Below the pieces are notes generated by a model that did not search any database, was not told where the DNA came from, and saw only the letters and a list, made by a program, of their open reading frames with translations. Below, piece by piece: positions 50,464-61,900 of a stretch of 64,000 nt of DNA (position 1 is its first letter; every line of letters begins with the position of its first letter). Made by a program: the position numbers and the translations under genes. The DNA comes from Fistulifera solaris (taxonomy: Eukaryota). The stretch lies in the NCBI GenBank assembly GCA_030295235.1, contig AP026140.1:434001-498000 (forward strand), given 5' to 3'.

Positions 50464-50931
50464 TTTTCGTTCTTCCTCTTACTCGGTCTACTTGTAAAGT
50501 AATAGTTGAAAGCTTCTTTTTATGTTGAGGAAGATGATGATCAAATCATTCCATCATCAATCATCATTCGTCTCTCGTCGTCGTCCATGGTCTATGTATT
50601 TTTCGTTTTTCAATTCTTTACATGAGCGGTTATACTAAGTTTAGGCAACCTACAATGAAAATATATAGTCGCAATATATTACTATTTATAGAAATGTAAA
50701 AATGAAACTTACTATGTGATATAAAGAATAAAAATTGTCCTCGCGGTTACGGTCTGTACGTGGTACGATCATTTCAACACCATCCTTTTTCGGTGAAAGA
50801 CTTTTTTATTTCTCCGCGTGCGGATTTATTTCTTTCGTTCCAAGAGCATCGCCACGGGGAACGAAAGAACAATCGGGTAAGAAGATCCTTTCAATCTCTC
50901 TTTTCTTCTACTGTTATACAAAGATAGCAGA

Positions 50932-52380
50932 ATGGAAGAACTCCTCGACGCCGTCGATGCTTTGGCCCGTGTCGAACGTCCCGAACTCTTCGATGCCTTG
51001 ACCGTTCCGGAAGACGTCAGTCCTTTGCTGGATCCGTTTACGTACATGGAACTGAAAGATGATCCTACCAAAGGGAAAGGATGGTTTGCGAAGCAAAATC
51101 TACCGGCGGGAACACGTTTGTTGGTTGCCAAACCCATTGCGGCCGTTTTGCACTGGGAAGATGAGCCGCCCGAGTCGAATCAGGATGAAATGGAATCTGG
51201 AGATGATGACGACGACGAGGATGATGAAGACGATGACGAAGCACTCTTTTCGGGACCGGAACCCGAACCGCGCATCAATGAACTGCTGCTGGTCGATTTA
51301 TTGGAAGAATTACTCGACAACAAAGAATTGTGGTTCAACACCTTGACACAACTATTTCCACGTACAAATGAAGAATTGGCGGCCTTACCAGCCTGGGTGT
51401 GTCCAGACGATGCCATGTTTATGGAAGTCGAATCGTTGCTCGAACAACTGAAATTGGTACTACCGGCCGAAACCGTCACGGAAATCTCCAAACGATTGCC
51501 GCATATCGTGCGGTACAATATATTGTCGATGGAAACGTGTTCCGAACTATTGAGTTATCCCGGTCCCGACGGACATTCGTCCCTGGCCGGGGTGGCACTT
51601 TATCATTATCCTTCCTTCTACAATCATTCCTCACGACCCAATGTCAATCGATGGGCGCTCGGAGATCTCATGTTCTTTGTCACCAATCAAGACGTCACGG
51701 CGGGGCAAGAGCTGTGTATCAGTTATTTGGAACATGATGTCTTGTGCGAATCGCCGTATCGACGCAATTCCATGTTGCGAATGGATTTTCAAGATGGTGG
51801 TGAGGAAGAAGATCGTCAAGTTGATTCGGAAGAGGGACCCGACATGCCCGTTGTTGATACCGATGTACAGAATGAACTCATGGGCATGAATCCATTAGAA
51901 CGCATCGATGCTATTGATGAACTGTTACAACAGGCACTGGGAGAAAAAGGACCAGCATCGGAAACCATGGAATTGTCCGACCGTCCTGGATGGTTTCGAT
52001 GTGATGTACACAATTTACAAATTTTGAAAGCTATCACTCTCGATGCGATGGGACAAAGTGGAAAAGCACTCGAATTGTGGGAACAGGCAGTAGTGTTTAC
52101 GGAAACGTCTTTACCACCGGCCGATGAATCCGGTGTCATGATACGTACCCAAGCGGCACTATCGGCCTTGCAGACAGGAGATTGGCATCGTGCGAAACAG
52201 CATGCGGAAATAGCTCTGCGTACCCATGATCTAGTGTTTGGGGGCGGTGTCAGTTTCTTCCGACGTCGCTACCGACACGATTTTGCTCTGAAGCTCCGTC
52301 CGGTACCCAGTGGTGCGGCGGCAGAGTTGTTGCAAGGAAAAGCTCCCTTTGAATTGCTTTGGCCATTGGAAGCGTCATGA
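50932..52380 (+). CDS. SET-domain (SMYD-like) lysine methyltransferase with TPR-like C-terminus
   Basis: 'KGKGWFAKQNLPAGTRLL', 'SFYNHSSRPN', 'GQELCISYL'. Confidence 0.85.
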   Translation: MEELLDAVDALARVERPELFDALTVPEDVSPLLDPFTYMELKDDPTKGKGWFAKQNLPAGTRLLVAKPIAAVLHWEDEPPESNQDEMESGDDDDDEDDEDDDEALFSGPEPEPRINELLLVDLLEELLDNKELWFNTLTQLFPRTNEELAALPAWVCPDDAMFMEVESLLEQLKLVLPAETVTEISKRLPHIVRYNILSMETCSELLSYPGPDGHSSLAGVALYHYPSFYNHSSRPNVNRWALGDLMFFVTNQDVTAGQELCISYLEHDVLCESPYRRNSMLRMDFQDGGEEEDRQVDSEEGPDMPVVDTDVQNELMGMNPLERIDAIDELLQQALGEKGPASETMELSDRPGWFRCDVHNLQILKAITLDAMGQSGKALELWEQAVVFTETSLPPADESGVMIRTQAALSALQTGDWHRAKQHAEIALRTHDLVFGGGVSFFRRRYRHDFALKLRPVPSGAAAELLQGKAPFELLWPLEAS

Positions 52381-52483
52381 ACTTTTGTGTAGAAGGGATT
52401 GCACGAATTTGTGTGCATGTCACTCCACGGATTTTCGCTCTGTTAATCAGGATAAAATGATACATTTTGCTATTGTATACACA

Positions 52484-53788
52484 TCAGTTGCTCGTTCTCA
52501 TTTCATCTTCTTCTTTTAACATCGTCTCTGCAATGTATTTAGCGGTCTCGTGGGATTGAGGAACACCTTCGCCATTCACATAACACGCCACCACGTTTCT
52601 CCAGCCCTCTTTGCTACCTAGCTCACCGGCTTGTTGATACAACAAGAACGCCCGTCGTTGGTCTTGCTCCACACCCGGATGCGGTTGATGAAGGATCGCC
52701 CCCGCGGATATAGCCGCATCGGCATGACCCAATTCGGCGGCAGCTAAAAAGTCCTGGAGCGCGCGTGTATAATCCACTGGGTACGGTGGAGTGTCACCAT
52801 AATAGAACGAATGACCTCGCAGAAACAAAGCTTCGGCATCTCCCGCATCCACGGCCGCGTCAAGCCGTTCGGCAAACTCTTGTGGACTACAAGGTGGAAT
52901 GCCGAGTTCGTCATTACCGTTCAAGTAGAAAATAGACAGATAGTAAAGTGCTCCGGGATGATGGAGAGCAGCAGCTCGCTCAATGAACTCGAGACCCATC
53001 TTCTTGCGTTCGTTGCGTGTCACTGTCTGTATTACTTCCTTGTCCTCGTCTTCCTCTGATAAAAGAACCACACCAACAAAGTACATGGAATCGGTATCCC
53101 CTAAATCAATGGCTTTTTGAAACGAGTCCAGTGCTAATTTTGGCACGGGAGCGAGAATGGGTGTGTCCTTGGATGTAAAACCCATCCACACTAAATTTCC
53201 GTGATTGAAACAACCTTCCTTGGATCCCAAGCGACAAGCCTTTTCATAATAACCCAAAATGCGGTGTATTTGATCACGAATCACTTCCTTGTCGATTGTT
53301 GTTTCCGATATCGCATCGAGAGACTGATTCGCCAACCGCACCAATGCTTCGGGGTGTTCATGAGTCAGCGCGGCTTCTTGGAGCAAAGCGGTAGCTCTCT
53401 GTTCCCATAGTTGGATATCCTTCGATAATTCTTCGTCATTCGGTTTGTTGGCTTGTTTGACGATCGTCTTGATGACTGCTACTCCGGTCGATTTTGGGTT
53501 CGTAGCACGTTGTGAAGATTGCTGCCAGGCACGGTACAATTCTTCCGATCGCTTCTTTTCGTGCTCCTCCTTTAATAGTCGTATTTTTTCCTCTGCTTGC
53601 AAATATTCTTGAAAAACACTTTCGCCAGGATTGCTCGAATACGACGCAGCCGACGAAGACGAAAGGCTAGCTGTGACAAATGGGGTTTTGATAATTCTTC
53701 GATGATGAACGAATAAGGAAAGTCGGCCATGATGACGCGATTGAGACACGACAGGACGCAAGCAGTAAGAAAGATAACGCCTTAACAT
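52484..53788 (-). CDS. Sel1-like repeat protein with mitochondrial-type leader
   Basis: Sel1 repeats 'ALQDFLAAAELGHADA', 'AFLLYQQAGELGSKEG..VVACYVNGEGVPQS'. R/S-rich N-terminus. Confidence 0.85.
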   Translation of the reverse strand: MLRRYLSYCLRPVVSQSRHHGRLSLFVHHRRIIKTPFVTASLSSSSAASYSSNPGESVFQEYLQAEEKIRLLKEEHEKKRSEELYRAWQQSSQRATNPKSTGVAVIKTIVKQANKPNDEELSKDIQLWEQRATALLQEAALTHEHPEALVRLANQSLDAISETTIDKEVIRDQIHRILGYYEKACRLGSKEGCFNHGNLVWMGFTSKDTPILAPVPKLALDSFQKAIDLGDTDSMYFVGVVLLSEEDEDKEVIQTVTRNERKKMGLEFIERAAALHHPGALYYLSIFYLNGNDELGIPPCSPQEFAERLDAAVDAGDAEALFLRGHSFYYGDTPPYPVDYTRALQDFLAAAELGHADAAISAGAILHQPHPGVEQDQRRAFLLYQQAGELGSKEGWRNVVACYVNGEGVPQSHETAKYIAETMLKEEDEMRTSN

Positions 53789-53915
53789 GACTATGAAGCA
53801 CTGTTATGAAAATTTGTTTCTATTTCAATGATGATTATCATTCATTGCAGCACTCGAAAAAACTACAGAATACAGTAAGGCTAAGGGCTAGCTTGCATAG
53901 CTCGCCTAAGGTTGT

Positions 53916-55337
53916 AACCAAGCTGGCAAGGCGGAGGATAGATAAATTCGCTCTGGAAACTCTAGAAACTTATACAAATAGCAATCGAGAAGTGTTTGTT
54001 TGGGTACAACCAGTTACAACATTCAAAGGGTACATTACAGCACGTTGATGCAATGTTGCTAGAGTGAAAGAAGCCACAAAGCGTGGAAAACTTAGATCGA
54101 GTCTCTCGAAGTTGACCATTCCATCGTATACCTTATAAAAACTGCGAATATGTGATTTTTACGGAGTTAATGTTAACGATTACTAGTGAGAGACCTAGGT
54201 CTATCTAATCAAAGTGTTGATATTATTAGTTTCAACTTCAGTTACAACTGAACATCTTACTTTCTAATTTTCAGTAGACTCTTACACAATCACATGACAA
54301 ACGAAGTGCTTCGCCAGCTCCATTAATGATTTCCGCTTTCTTTTCGAACAGTTTCTCTTTTCACTCTCGACAAACTGAACCGAAAGTAGTTTCTTCGGTC
54401 ATACATCCCTTGTCAAGGCATATCTTTCTCATTAAAAGAAATTGTAATGCTTTTGCACCGCCTCGGTGACATCCCACGTACAGGACATGCCGGCCGGAAA
54501 GGTGACAAAGTCGCCTTTTCCAAAGGTTACGGATTGGCGTCCGTCGGTGGGTGTCACCGTCACGCGACCGTTTAGCAGGTAACAACTTTCACTTTCCCCA
54601 TACGTCCAAGGGAATTTCGAAACGCCAACCAAGCTGGCAAGGCGGAGGATAGATAAATTCGCTCTGGAAACTCTAGAAACTTATACAAATAGCAATCGAG
54701 AAGTGTTTGTTTGGGTACAACCAGTTACAACATTCAAAGGGTACATTACAGCACGTTGATGCAATGTTGCTAGAGTGAAAGAAGCCACAAAGCGTGGAAA
54801 ACTTAGATCGAGTCTCTCGAAGTTGACCATTCCATCGTATACCTTATAAAAACTGCGAATATGTGATTTTTACGGAGTTAATGTTAACGATTACTAGTGA
54901 GAGACCTAGGTCTATCTAATCAAAGTGTTGATATTATTAGTTTCAACTTCAGTTACAACTGAACATCTTACTTTCTAATTTTCAGTAGACTCTTACACAA
55001 TCACATGACAAACGAAGTGCTTCGCCAGCTCCATTAATGATTTCCGCTTTCTTTTCGAACAGTTTCTCTTTTCACTCTCGACAAACTGAACCGAAAGTAG
55101 TTTCTTCGGTCATACATCCCTTGTCAAGGCATATCTTTCTCATTAAAAGAAATTGTAATGCTTTTGCACCGCCTCGGTGACATCCCAAGTACAGGACATG
55201 CCGGACGGAAAGGTGACAAAGTCGCCTTTTCCAAAGGTTACGGATTGGCGTCCGTCGGTGGGTGTCACCGTCACGCGACCGTTTAGCAGGTAACAACTTT
55301 CACTTTCCCCATACGTCCAAGGGAATTTCGAAACGCC
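53916..55337 (+). repeat. Tandem direct duplication of a 711-bp unit (53916-54626 and 54627-55337)
   Basis: Both units begin AACCAAGCTGGCAAGGCGGAGG and end GGAATTTCGAAACGCC; two substitutions seen by eye. Confidence 0.95.
54432..54626 (-). pseudogene. 5'-truncated duplicate of the cupin gene
   Basis: Encodes only 'GVSKFPWTYGESESCYLL...HYNFF'; no ATG or leader. Confidence 0.85.
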
Positions 55338-55547
55338 GCAACCCCACGTGGGCCACGAAAACACGCCTTTCTTTTCTAAAAAGCCCGAATCGGGTTGATA
55401 CACCACTTCAATTTCTTGTTGGGTTGTGGACATGAGGAAAGAAGGAACGGGCGACGGTTGGAGTAGGATCACAAAGGAGGATGCCGACTGAAGGAAGGCG
55501 AAAAGGAATGAAAACAATGTTTTGTAGAAGGAGGGAAGCCGGGGCAT
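55143..55547 (-). CDS. Cupin_3 (DUF861/EutQ-like) protein, probably plastid-targeted
   Basis: 'GVFSWPTWGCGVSKFPWTY..ESCYLLNGRVTVTP..GKGDFVTFP.GMSCTWDV'. Leader 'FSFLFAFLQSASS-FV'. Confidence 0.88.
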   Translation of the reverse strand: MPRLPSFYKTLFSFLFAFLQSASSFVILLQPSPVPSFLMSTTQQEIEVVYQPDSGFLEKKGVFSWPTWGCGVSKFPWTYGESESCYLLNGRVTVTPTDGRQSVTFGKGDFVTFPSGMSCTWDVTEAVQKHYNFF

Positions 55548-56075
55548 GGTCCAGATAGGGGTTCAACACCGTTGAGCGTGCAATGCAACTACGCCACTAC
55601 AATGAATGTCAGCATTGTTGAGTAAAACTGGCGCAAAAGAAAAGAGTTCGATCATCATCGTCGTCGCGTCGCGGAATCAAAGCGCGGCGCGGGCTTTTTC
55701 GGCTGACGTACACTTGGGGAGGGCGGGGAGGCCATACCTGGTACAGCACAGACAGCGGGACTCAACACCGTCGGTGAGTCGTCAGGTATTGTGTCGTTCT
55801 GCACATAAAGAGAGATACTGGAGTGCTGGTTACAGTGACCAAGATTTACAGGAAGGGCTCTCTACTCATTGCACGATAAAGGAACAGTGACGAAGTTCCT
55901 ACACTTCACGCTATTATACGACCCTCGATCGGACAGCCATTGGAGGAGACCCAATTTTTTCGATGTTCGCTTTATTTGCATGTTGACAATTAAAGAGTCT
56001 CTTTTATCCAACTCAAAACCATCATTGGGGATTGCAAACTCGTCTTCTTTCACTGAGTATTAAAAATCGAATACC

Positions 56076-56831
56076 ATGAACCGAATAATGTATATCGTCA
56101 GTCTCATATGGCTGTCACAAGCGACCGCATTCTCGACGGTGCCTCCCCGTATGACCATGATGGCGTCGTCGTCGGTGACGAAGAAGAATTGGTTTTCGGT
56201 CTTCTCATCATCCAAAGACAGTGAATTATCCCGCGATGGAGTTATGCGTCAACTGGAAAAGCAAGAAGCCGATTTACAGAAACGAAGACTTGCGGCCATG
56301 GAAGAGTTGTCGAAATACGAAGCGAATCTCGAGGCCTTGCAGTCGAAAAAGGCGGAATACATGGCCTCGAGTCAAATTGCCGAACCTCCGGCCGGTGGTA
56401 GTTTTTCGGAAACGGCTCTCCGCAGTGTTGTGAAATCCTTCTGCTGGCGCATTGTGGCGGGTTCGGTAACTTTTATTACCACATTACAATTTTCGGGCAG
56501 TCTCCAGACGGCCTTGAAAGTCGTGGCGAGTGATTTCTTTTCCAAATCGGTTACCATGTTCATTGGAGAACGGTTAATGAACAAAAGTCAAGTGGGAAGG
56601 AAAAAAGGTAGTGATGATGCGGGTCGTTCCTTGGCCAAAGCTCTCATTTGGCGGCTTTTCGCCATTGTCAATACATTGGCGGTGGCGATCTTTGTTTCAC
56701 ACGATCTTTCAATCGCGGGTAAGATTGCCAGTACCGACGCTGTCTTCAAGACGGCGCTCATGTACTTTTATGAACGCGTCTGGGCGCGGGTTGAGTGGGG
56801 TAAAGAATACATTGTGGAGTTTACCATCTAG
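56076..56831 (+). CDS. DUF2061-like membrane protein (two repeats), probably plastid-targeted
   Basis: 'ETALRSVVKSFCWRI', 'RSLAKALIWRL', 'KTALMYFYERVWARVEWG'. Leader 'LIWLSQATA-FS'. Confidence 0.78.
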   Translation: MNRIMYIVSLIWLSQATAFSTVPPRMTMMASSSVTKKNWFSVFSSSKDSELSRDGVMRQLEKQEADLQKRRLAAMEELSKYEANLEALQSKKAEYMASSQIAEPPAGGSFSETALRSVVKSFCWRIVAGSVTFITTLQFSGSLQTALKVVASDFFSKSVTMFIGERLMNKSQVGRKKGSDDAGRSLAKALIWRLFAIVNTLAVAIFVSHDLSIAGKIASTDAVFKTALMYFYERVWARVEWGKEYIVEFTI

Positions 56832-57123
56832 GTGTCGCGAAAAAGCTTGTCTTTGGTTTGTATAGAATCTTGCACAGGCAAATCACCGTATAATACGGAT
56901 GTAATACTCCTGCTTTTATTGGTTCACAGCGTAATTGCTCAAATGGCGGTCTTCTTCTATATGTTATCTTTATCTAGGATAGACTCGGATGACCACCGTC
57001 CACCCCCGAAAAAACCGAGATCTCAGCCGTGTGGCTAACTAGTCGTACCGGCAACGAATGGTGATTAACGATGGGACACAGGCAAGACGCGAACATCGAT
57101 AACAACAAATAAAACCATATGCG

Positions 57124-57491
57124 TGTTGAATAACCAGTCACGCACGTGTCTACAATAAACGGAAAGACATGTGCACTACATATTACATGATACTGAAAAC
57201 GAGAAGCGAACAGCAATCTACCTAATCCCGAATCCTCGTTATTCAAAGAACTAACAGCTGCCGAAGGAACCTAAACTATTACTGACAAAGAACAATGCCA
57301 GCAGCTTCTGCATATTCTACATGAATCAAATGAGAACAATGAAGAGACAAACAAGAATTCAAATCAATAGGATAACTTCATTTACTAGCTCATAATTTTA
57401 ACAAGCAATCCGTTTGCAGCAATCCGTTTGCACCAAGTTAATTTTGTCAAGCCCAATCCATAGGCGGCTCCGGCACCTGTGGATTTCAAGA
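57124..57491 (+). repeat. 5' LTR
   Basis: TGTTGAATAACC...GGATTTCAAGA; matches 62943-63310 with one substitution seen. Confidence 0.95.
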
Positions 57492-57507
57492 CGCTTCCTC
57501 TGCGCCA
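57492..57507 (+). other. Putative primer-binding site complementary to the D-arm of initiator tRNA-Met
   Basis: CGCTTCCTCTGCGCCA directly follows the LTR. Its reverse complement TGGCGCAGAGGAAGCG matches the eukaryotic tRNAi-Met segment TGGCGCAGCGGAAGCG at 15/16 positions. Confidence 0.7.
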
Positions 57508-57556
57508 AGTGACCATAAAGCTCCGCACTTTATAACAACTACTTCGTTCCGACGAA

Positions 57557-58808
57557 ATGGCTGACGCTAACGCGAACAACGCCAACCAAAACCTCGCTGC
57601 TCCCGTAGCAGTAGCCTTTGCTCTAAGCCCGGCTTGAGCACCCACCATGTCATCGACTTCTCTACTCGCGAAGGATCTCGCCTCTCACGAAATGGCGACC
57701 AAGCAGATTGGAGATGAACGATTCGACTGCGATCCCGGTCGCATCGCTCCTTCATCGAAGGACTTAGCATCCGTGCTAGCAACTTTGGTTGGGGGCCGAT
57801 CTTCAACATCCCCGGCGATATCGAAGCCATCGAGCCTGTCCAGAACACCACCAACCTCCTCTCCAACTACGGAGACATTACTTTGGAGCACATTCAAGCT
57901 CACGCACGCACATACATCGGTACCCAGACCCGTGCAGCGCCAAGACTCCTACATGGCAGCCAACTGCCTCATTTCCTCTCTAAGCCCAGCCGCCATCGAT
58001 CGCATCACGATCTGGCGGGACCAGTACACCTTTGATGGTATCCCCAGCGGGCCTTGCCTGTTCAAAGTCATCATCCGTGAGACTTACATTGACACAAATG
58101 CAACGGTCACGCACATTCGCACGCAGCTCTCCAGTTTGGACCAGTACTTACCTAAGATTCAGCACAACATCACCAAGATGAACCAGCAAGTTAAACAGCT
58201 ATTGGAAGGCTTGGCAGCGCGAGGAGAAACCACAAAACGATCTTCTTGCGAATCTCTTTAAGGGTTACAAGGCAGCCTCCGATCGCACCTTTGTCAACTA
58301 CATCCTGAAGAAAGAAGAAGATTACCACGAAGGTCTTCCGATGACACCGGATCACCTCATGAACCTAGCAGATAACAAGTACAAGACCTTGGTACAACTT
58401 TCTCTGTGGAGCGCCTTCGCCGGGAAGAAGAAAAAGATTCTCGCATTGGAGGCAAAACTCCAAAAGTTGGAAAGCAAAAGAAGACCGAAAACAAGCCAAA
58501 GCATCAAGCCAAAAGCAAACCCCAGCGCAACAGAAACACTCCCAAGCCAGACTGGATGTCGGTGCCTCCAAAGGACGACGAACCCAAGCAGAAAACAGTT
58601 GAGGGAAGCGAGTACTTCTGGTGCGAAAAGCATAACTCATGGGGCAAACACAAGACGGTTGATTGTCGCCAAGCCAACATCCGCAGACCGGGAGTCTCCA
58701 AACCCGAAGCTGAAGAAAGAGCGACTCGTCAAAGCGCTAGCTGCACTCCTCAATGACAGCGACAGCGATGAGGACGACAACGTAGATGAGTATTCGGACG
58801 CCAAGTGA
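57557..58808 (+). CDS. gag: Retrotransposon gag (frameshifted)
   Basis: ATG 57557 'MADANANNANQNLAAPVAVAFALSP', 'SGPCLFKVIIRETYIDT', 'LFKGYKAASD', knuckle 'YFWCEKHNSWGKHKTVDC'. Confidence 0.8.
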
Positions 58809-58984
58809 CAACGAAGCGACAGTGAATGACTTACCAAGTCTATCTGGCGGTACCTCAGCTTCAGCTGGGACTGGCTTCTTGCCTGCACCGCAACCCTGAT
58901 CTACTGCTTGTTCTTTGACCACGTTAATGACATTGCGACTCGCTACATTCCTAAACGACTTGAAAGGAAACCATTAGTAAGCGA

Positions 58985-61900
58985 TTGAAAACACTTGGTC
59001 AACGGGTCGGCAGTCCAATTCAGACTTACCTGGTCCGCATTCACACAGTATGGATACGAAATTCCACGACCCGAACGGTCCTTCACAAGAGGCGAAAAGC
59101 AGCAAGGCAGGCACTCTACTTTTCTCATACACCACTCATTCGATTCCGCAATCCAATAGCCAGATGGTGGAGACAATGGAAACTGCGTCAAAGGAGATAT
59201 GTGTTAATGATGACAGCGATGTGTTACAGTGCAAACGCGGTCCCACAAGTACTTACCAAGACTTTTGATACCGATTCAGTTCCAATTGGTGTCGACAATA
59301 GATGCTCAGCGTGCATCTCCCATGTCGCTGACGGACTTTGTTGGAAAACTACAGGAGACCAACTTGATTATCAAAGGCTTTGGCGGTAACCGCACCAGCA
59401 ATGTGATGAAAGGCACTCTGAAATGGTCATGGGAAAATGATGAGGGCAAGATGACATCATTCACGATTCCAAACTCATACTACGTACCAGACGGCAAAGT
59501 TCGACTTCTATCACCGCAACATTGGGCAAAATACACCGGAAACAAACTCTCTGGATGTGATACCACGAGCAAACATGCGATTCTGTATTGGGGCAGCAAC
59601 AAGAAAACAATTCCGATTGATCCACGTTCAAGCGTTGCAACGTTTTACTCCGCCCCCTGGCTGCCGCGAATTTCGAAACCTTCTGCGCCGAAGCATCGAT
59701 TCCTGACGATGAAGGCGACAATCCGCTTTGTTTCGATGCAAACACAGTCGACACAACACCTTCAGAGGGAGCGAGCGCAGATTCAGAGGGAGCTGAACCA
59801 TTTCGCAGCCGCACAGTTGACTTCGAGTTCGACGGCAATCAACAACAACACAAACTGGTCATACAGGAAAGTGACACAACAACAAGTCAAACAGTTCCAG
59901 CAGCCGAATTGCTCACTTACCATCGTCTTTATGGTCATGCGCCGATGGAGAAGCTTCAGGAATTGGCGAAGCAAGGAGTTATTCCACGCCGACTTGCAAC
60001 GTGTCCGACACCGGTGTGCACCGCCTGTTTTTACGGAAAAGCAACAAAGCGTCAGTGGCGAGCGAAACCAGCTAAACAAAGCAAAACCCTTCACAAGCCT
60101 ACTCACCCCGGCGAAGTTGTTGCTGTGGATCAAATGGTATCACCCACGCCCTGGCCTCATTGCGCAGCTCACAGGAATCTTGACGACAAAAGCGCTATTT
60201 ATGCGCCCACCGTCTTCGTCGACCTTTATTCCAGCTTGAGTTATGTTCACCTGCAAAAGACACAAAGTGCGAGTGAGACCTTGGAAGCAAAACACGCTTT
60301 TGAACAATACGGCTCGAAATTGTGGAGTCGACAAGATCAAACACTATCATGCCGACAATGGAATTTTCAATTCGAACACTTGGGTCAACGATTGCGTAAC
60401 AAACGGTCAGGGACTTTCCTTTGCAGGAGTTGGAGCACATCATCAAAATGGCAAAGCTGAAGCGCCGCATAGGACAATTGCAAGAACTCACTCGAGCGAT
60501 GCTGATCGATGCACAACACAAGTGGCCGCAAGCCATCACAACTCACCTGTGGCCTTATGCTTTGCGCATGGCAAACGATTCCATCAACCACATGCCAAAC
60601 ATGAAGCACCCTGAGCGCCGTACTCCTTATCAACTCTTCGCCAACACGGATATTCATTCGAATCCAATTCATTGGAAACCATTCGGTTGCCCAGTATTTG
60701 TTCTTGGCGGCGCTTCAAGGAGGAAAAAGTCGGATATTTCACAAATGGCGTCTGCGCTCACATCTCGGAATTTATTTGGGACGTTCTCCAGTACACAGCC
60801 GTTCTGTCGCCCTGGTACTGAACCCAGACACAGGACTCGTCAGTCCCCAGTTTCACGTCAAATTTGATTCGAAATTCCAAACTGTTCCGGACCTTGCGAA
60901 AACATGTTTGTGGCAACTCAAAGCCGGTTTTATTGCCGCTCCAAGCGCAAATCCTCAACAATCCACGCCTACATTGTCGGATACACCTACTACTACACCC
61001 GCCGACCTCTCTCCGTTACCGATGCCGCTGCCGACCGCTTCGCACCACCTGATGACAATGTTCCGTCCACCGATCGTCAACCTGAACCACTTTCCTCTCC
61101 ATCGCCACCACAATCTCAGAGGGAGAGACGCAGCACTCGCCAACGACGTCCCGTTACTCGATTAATAGAGATCATGATCGCAATGTTCGCTAGTGAACTC
61201 AGTCAATCATCGGCCGACATCAAAGGGGAACTTTTTGCTTACGAATCTCTTCAAACCGCCTCAGCAAAACTCAATCCACCGGATCCATTCTATGTTTTCA
61301 AAACGAGCGCCGACCCCGATTCAATGTATTTGCATCAAGCTCGCAAACAACCCGATTGGCCGGAGTTTTCCAAAGGCATGGACGCCCGAAATCAAGGATC
61401 AAATGGCAAATGGAAATTTCTCATTGTTTCCAAGGAGTCAAGTTCCAGAGGGAGCAACGATTCTACCAACAGTATGGCAACTTCGTCGCAAACGAGACAT
61501 TATGACACGCGAAGTCAAGAAGTGGAAAGCGACTGACTATTGATGGGTCACGGATGAAATATGGTCGCGACTATGAATTGACCTACTCTCCGGTTGCTAA
61601 TTGGACTTCAATCCGCTTGTTACTAGCAATGGTGATCATACATGGTTGGCATCTGAAGCAACTCGATTATGTTCAGGCATTTCCTCAGAGCCAGCGCGAC
61701 AAAGAAATTTATCTGTCCATTCCGAAAGGATATACAATACACGGAGCATCCCCGGACGATTATGTTCTGAAAGTCCACAAGAATGTTTATGGAGCAAAGG
61801 ATGCAAGTCGAACATGGTTCCTTTATTTGCGAAAGAAACTATTTGAGATCGGTTTCAAGCAATCGGAATACGACGAATGTGTGTTTTACTACAAGAGCAC

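Noticed and set aside
55734..55789. Nested inverted repeats ATACCTG...CAGGTAT and GACTCA...TGAGTC, superficially like the U1 5' end
   Set aside because: Not ATACTTACCTGG, and no U1 loop motifs or Sm site follow.
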